This document shows positions 58,593 through 64,000 of a stretch of DNA of 64,000 bases, one piece after another. Made by a program: the position numbers and the translations under genes. The notes below the pieces were generated by a model. It was not told where the DNA came from, did not search any database, and saw nothing but the letters and a program-made list of their open reading frames with translations. Position 1 is the stretch's first letter; every line of letters starts with the position of its first letter. This stretch comes from Amoebidium appalachense (lineage: Eukaryota > Protista > Ichthyosporea). The stretch is from the NCBI GenBank assembly GCA_963693365.1, contig CAVNZM010000013.1, positions 645,817 through 709,816 on the forward strand, written 5' to 3'.

Positions 58593-58872
58593 ACCATCAA
58601 TCACCCCTACACGGTGACCAACACACGCTCACTCACAGGTGCACTGAACACCGTCCTATTTGAACATTTTTGATCCCTCTACATGAGCAAAAAGCAGATG
58701 CGTGCGCACCAGAAACACACATCTGTCTGCAACAACCTTCAGTCCGGCTGCTAAATAAAGTAAGCAAGCAAACTCACACCCACACCCACACCCACACAAA
58801 AAGAAAAAGAAATAAAAGAAACGGAAAGAAAGGGGGAGAAGATCCCCAAATTGCAGGCACTCTCATGTGGGC

Positions 58873-59409
58873 TTATCGGTTGTCCTCGAGAATAACGTGC
58901 TCAGACGGGAGCCCCTGGCCTGAAAACCAAAAAAAAAAAACGTGTCAGACCTCAGTTTGCTTTATGTTCTTAAATACACACTATCCCCCCCCCCCCCCCC
59001 CCCCCCCCCCCCTATCTCCCTCCCCCCTTCCCCCCCTCCTCCCCCCCCCCCCCCCCCCCTCCAAAAAAAAACCCTTCCATCTCCGAAACATGCGCAAGCA
59101 CCCACACCAAATAAAAGCACGTACACACTTGCCCGCCCTTCCAACCATACGCACGCACGCACCGACAAACACGCACACACGGTCGCATAATGTACGCACG
59201 AGCACAAACCCTCATTCATCCATCTTCTGAACCCCCCTAGCCTTGCGCATGTATGTCCGCAGGTGCTTGCGTGCACGTGGCAAGGTGGGTCCTTCCCGTC
59301 CTCCTCCTCCACCTTCCACCTACCCCCCCCCCCCCCCCCCTCTGCCCCTCCCCCCCCCCCCCCCCCCCCCCCGTCCCTTCTCTTCCTCCGTGTGCACACC
59401 CATTTCTCA

Positions 59410-59453
<44 letters not shown>

Positions 59454-60219
59454 ACAACCACCAAAACAAGCAAACAAACAAACAAACCAAAAAAAAAATT
59501 ACAGAAAACAAAACATACCGGGGGCCTCGACAAAACATAGCAGTAGCCAAACTGCAGCCCTTCTTATGCACCTCAGCATGCACCGAGAAAAAGACATACC
59601 ACACACACACACACACACACACACAAACGTACCGGGGACCTCGACAAACAGATAGCGATAGTCGAAACTGCGGCCCTTCTTGTGCACCTCCGCATGCACC
59701 GTGCCCGTGTCCTTGCTGCCCTCCACATAGTAGCGCAGGCGCACATACACCTCCCCGTCTACCTCGTATTCCTGTGACCTGCAGGGCAAAGAAGGAAAAA
59801 AAAAAAAAAAAAAAAGAAGACGAAGAAAAAGAAAAAGAAAGAAAGAAGAGGGAGGGAAGAAAAAGGGAAAAGGGAAGAAAAGGAAAAAGGACAAAAGCAA
59901 AAAAAAGGTAAAATGCAAAAAAAAAGCAAGCAAGCAAGGAGGGAAGTAAGGGAGAGAGAAAAGGAGGTGATGTGAGTGTTATATAGATACGACACGATGC
60001 ACCTGTCTCGTATTCCTGTAACCTGCAGAACAAGAATATGAAAAAAAAAAAAAAAAAAGGAAGAAAGAAAAAAGGAAAAGGAGTATTTTGTTATGAAAAT
60101 ACGATACGATATAGATACCACACGATACACCTCTCTCGTATTCCTGTAACCTGCAGAAGAGGAATATATAAAAAAAAAGGAGAAAGAAAGAAAGAGGGAG
60201 GAGGAGGAAGAGCGGGCGG

Positions 60220-60256
<37 letters not shown>

Positions 60257-60420
60257 AAACGCAATGTGACGCCTGCGGCCCCTTCGTGTCTCCTCACCGT
60301 GAGCCTTAATGTTGTCCCCAAGAAGCTCCTGGACCTGCACAGCGCACGGGTGTGACGTGTGAGTACGCGCGCGTGTGTGTGTGTGTGTGTGTGTTGGTGT
60401 GTACGTGTACGTGTACGTGT

Positions 60421-60466
<46 letters not shown>

Positions 60467-61388
60467 ATTTTCTTTTGTGTGTTTGTGCGTGTGTGTGTGT
60501 GTACGTATGTACGTGTGATTGTTTGTGTGTGTGTGTGTGTCTACGTGTGTGTGTGTGTGTGGGTTGGTGTGTACGTGTACGTGTGTGTGTGTGTGTGTGT
60601 GCGCATGCACGCGCGTGTGTTTGCCCGTCCGTTCGTGTATGTGTGGATGTATCGTTTGTGTGTCTGTGATTGTGTGCGTCTCTCTGTTAGTTTGCGTCTC
60701 TAGGTGCTTGTGTGGCACGCGGCAGCAAGACTTAAACTCGAACAGCTAATTAGTGTCCAACAGATCCCCCCATTTTGAAATTCCGCTGTAGCTGGTTGGT
60801 ATAGGATTGCGGTGCGCTTAGCGATTGGCTGCAAATCAATAAAAACAGAATGCCGATACATAAACAGCCAATCAAACGTATCTTGTTTAGCAACGTAATT
60901 CCGGGGGTAACCATTGGGTCTCAGTCTGTCGCAGTTTTATCGTCATCTGTCGCATAATCTTGCTGACGTCATCGGTTCCATGCGGGTATGATCAGGACCG
61001 CTCTCGACGAGAAAAGTCTTTTGGCCCTCCCTTAGTGTAGACCTGTGCTGCACGTGACTTTTATTGTGCTGCGCAACTCTAAACTTAAGTTTACCAATAG
61101 TTACGTTGTTTTGGAAAGTTTTATAAATGTTCCTCCAATGGCTAAAATGTTCAAGCGTTTTAATGGTTTCTGCGCAATTGCCGTCTTTTTGGGCCAGTCA
61201 CAGAGCCGCAAATCGGACAAAATATGGATCGACACGCCTTTTTAATCTCGTTTTGAACTTCCGGATTTGCGATTGGCTGTTCGACCTTGGGGTTTGCTGC
61301 ACGTGGCAGTGTCTGCGTGTTTGTCTGTCTGAAAGAATGCATGCTCATGTGTGCTCATGTGTGTGTTTGTGTACACGCTCGTATCCTT

Positions 61389-61453
<65 letters not shown>

Positions 61454-61829
61454 CTCTGTATGCGCAGGTGTGTAAGGGGTAAACTGGACCGAAGGGAAGG
61501 GCAAGCCGCGCCCGGGTGGAGGGGGAGGGGGGGGGGGGGAGGGGGCGTATGCATTTGTTGGTGTAAAAAAAGGAGAGAGCGCGAGGGCAGGGGAGGAGAA
61601 GGGGGTGGGGGTGGGGGGGGAGGGGAGAGGGGGGGGGGGGGGGGGGGGGAGGGAGGGATACCCTTTCGTTTGCTACCACCCGCTTGAAAGATTTTGAGTA
61701 GAGACTGTTTGTGCTGGTGCCACCCCATAGCTCTCCAAACAGACTGTAGGCAAACACGGCTGTGTGTGTGTGCGTGTGTGTGTGTGTGTGTATGTGAGTG
61801 AGGTGTGTGTGTGTGTGGGTGTGATTGCG

Positions 61830-61889
<60 letters not shown>

Positions 61890-62146
61890 TTTGAGTGAGT
61901 TTGAGTGTGTGTGTGTGTGTGTGGCATGTGTGCGTGAGGCGCACGCGTGCGCGCGTGCGTGTGTGTGCTTGTGTGTGTGTGTGCGCGTGCGCGCGCGTGT
62001 GTGCGTGCGGCCATGCGAGTTAGTGAGTGAGTGAGTGAGTGAGTGTGTATTCATGTTACCTAGTTAGCATGTGTGTGCGTGAAAGTATGTGTGTGTGTGT
62101 TTGGTGGTGGTGGTGGTGGTGGTGGTGGGTGGGTAGGTGGGTGGGT

Positions 62147-62192
<46 letters not shown>

Positions 62193-62291
62193 TGGGGGGG
62201 GGGGGGGGGGGGGGGGTGGCTATTTTTACATTGGAAGAAACAAGTGAAACAGGTGAAACTCTGGGGACGGAGGGGCCACACACGGGGGAGG

Positions 62292-62328
<37 letters not shown>

Positions 62329-62489
62329 TGCGTTAGAAGGCAGGCCAACATGGAGGCTAATGGCATAAACACCTACAGAAACAAAAGAAGAATTGGACAT
62401 TAAGGAGACAGTGAAAAAAAAAAACATTCATCTGACGGGGTATATGTCTCGGAGAGTGGCCCCCAAGGGGAGAGAGGGAAAAAAAAAGG

Positions 62490-62538
<49 letters not shown>

Positions 62539-63105
62539 GGTCACGAGTTTGGTAGCTGTGGCGCAAGGTGTTTTAAGTCTCTGCATGTGTGTGTGTGTAT
62601 GTGTGTGTGTGCGTGTGTGTGCGTGCGTGCGTGCGTGTGTGTGTGTGTGCGCGCGTGTGTGTTTGTGTGTGTGTTTGTGTGTGCACACGTGTGTGTCTCT
62701 CAGTGTATGTGTGCCTGCATGTTGTGTATGTGTCTGTGTACGCAGATACCTTAGCAGCTCGAAGAGGGGGGGATTGGAAGGGGAGGGGGGGGTTTGAATG
62801 CGTCAAAAAGTACGAAGTACACAAGAACAAACGAATAACACGATGCAGAATGCAAGCCATACATAAAGTGGGGGGGGGGGGATTCAGAATGTATTACAGA
62901 GTAGGGAGCACACGTCCATGGACGGACAATACACTATATACGGGGCCGAGGGGGAGGGAGGGGGGGGGGGGGGGGGGGGGCACCAGAGAGAGAGAGAGAG
63001 GGGGGGGGGGGGGGGGGGGGGGGGGGAGGGCTAACCTGTCAAGCCGCAGCCAAAGAGAATAACTGCGAGGTATGATGCATCCTTACCAGCCTCCACAACT
63101 GGGAG

Positions 63106-63136
<31 letters not shown>

Positions 63137-64000
63137 AGGTTACAACCAAAACACAAAATACATCTCCGAGAATATATCCCGGAAAACAGATCACGAAATC
63201 TCGGAACACATATCTCTAAATACATGCCTCGAGATTCCGCACATGTCCCCATAATACGCAAAGTCCCTTGCAATAGGTGCCCTATGACCCACCCACTTAC
63301 AGTGTGCACATTGAATCATGGCAACGCTCGGAGCAAAATGGGGCTTTGCGCAACGATTAACATAAGATTGTAATTATGTGATCGGTCGGGGTTAGAAACT
63401 TTCTTCAACAAGAATATGACGTACGAACCCACATTCACGTAATGATATGATCGGTCGGGGTTAGGAATTTTCTTCGACAAGAGTCCGACATGCGGATCCA
63501 TATTCAGTTCGACGAATCAAACAACGGCAACCTTGCGTAAGCCTTGTGCAAAGGCCTTCCTTGCTCCGACGGGTGCCGCCGTTCAATGCAACGCTTATAC
63601 ATGAACAACATATGACCCCTCTGTGTGGTCGTTGAATCGTCTGGTGCTAACTGCAGCCTCCTTTCAGTGCATCGTGGTGATAAATTGCTTCTTGGCACAA
63701 ACCACAAGCTCAGGTGCACACAAATATACCTTTCTCATTGTATTACTTGCACACCCCCCCCCTCCCCCCCCCCCCCCCCCCACACACACACGCACCCACG
63801 TACACGCACACGCACACGCGCACACACACATCCCCCCCCCCCCCCCCCCCTTCCCCATCCCCCTCGCCCCCCTTCCCACCACCACACACAAACAAAGCAG
63901 CACCCAAAGCAAAACACATATCCCTTCCACCACAAATTTCATGTAAAATGCGCCAAAAACCCCCCTTACCTTTCCTTGCCGTTGATATCTGACCCCCCTG
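58873..64000 (-). CDS. TIM21: Mitochondrial import inner membrane translocase subunit Tim21 (5' part lies outside the window)
   Basis: Phase-consistent exons 63970->64000, 63617-63660, 63036-63098, 61662-61759, 60261-60334, 59633-59778, 58873-58919. Translation [33 protein letters not shown]...[61 protein letters not shown] matches hallmark Tim21 motifs. Confidence 0.93.

Overview
Eukaryotic genomic DNA with very short exons in introns filled with (GT)n/(CA)n, (GA)n and long poly-G/poly-C tracts; nearly all ORFs in the supplied track are repeat translations. Manual GT-AG exon chaining with phase checks gives five genes. (1) The 3' end of a + strand gene (<1-1253). (2) A 36-exon, ~1318-aa type I membrane protein on the - strand (4392-37391): signal peptide, three macro-repeats of three H-type-lectin-like modules each followed by sushi/CCP domains, a TM helix and an acidic tail. 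(3) An 8-exon, ~208-aa protein resembling only the N-terminal domain of VEPH1/Melted (40718-47604, -). (4) An exostosin/GT47-like glycosyltransferase with long exons (52498-55804, +). (5) TIM21 (58873->64000, -). Gene content suggests a holozoan, but the species cannot be determined. The most unusual signal is 'splice-site echoes': at nine or more exon boundaries, copies of the exon end plus its splice site are stacked in the adjacent intron, are often more decayed with distance, and in several cases differ mainly at synonymous sites. Also notable are a poly-C-anchored intronic element always oriented the same way relative to its host gene, and splice sites formed directly by (GT)n, (CA)n or A-runs instead of polypyrimidine tracts. 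Homology calls are from memory of family motifs and counts are by eye; no searches were run.
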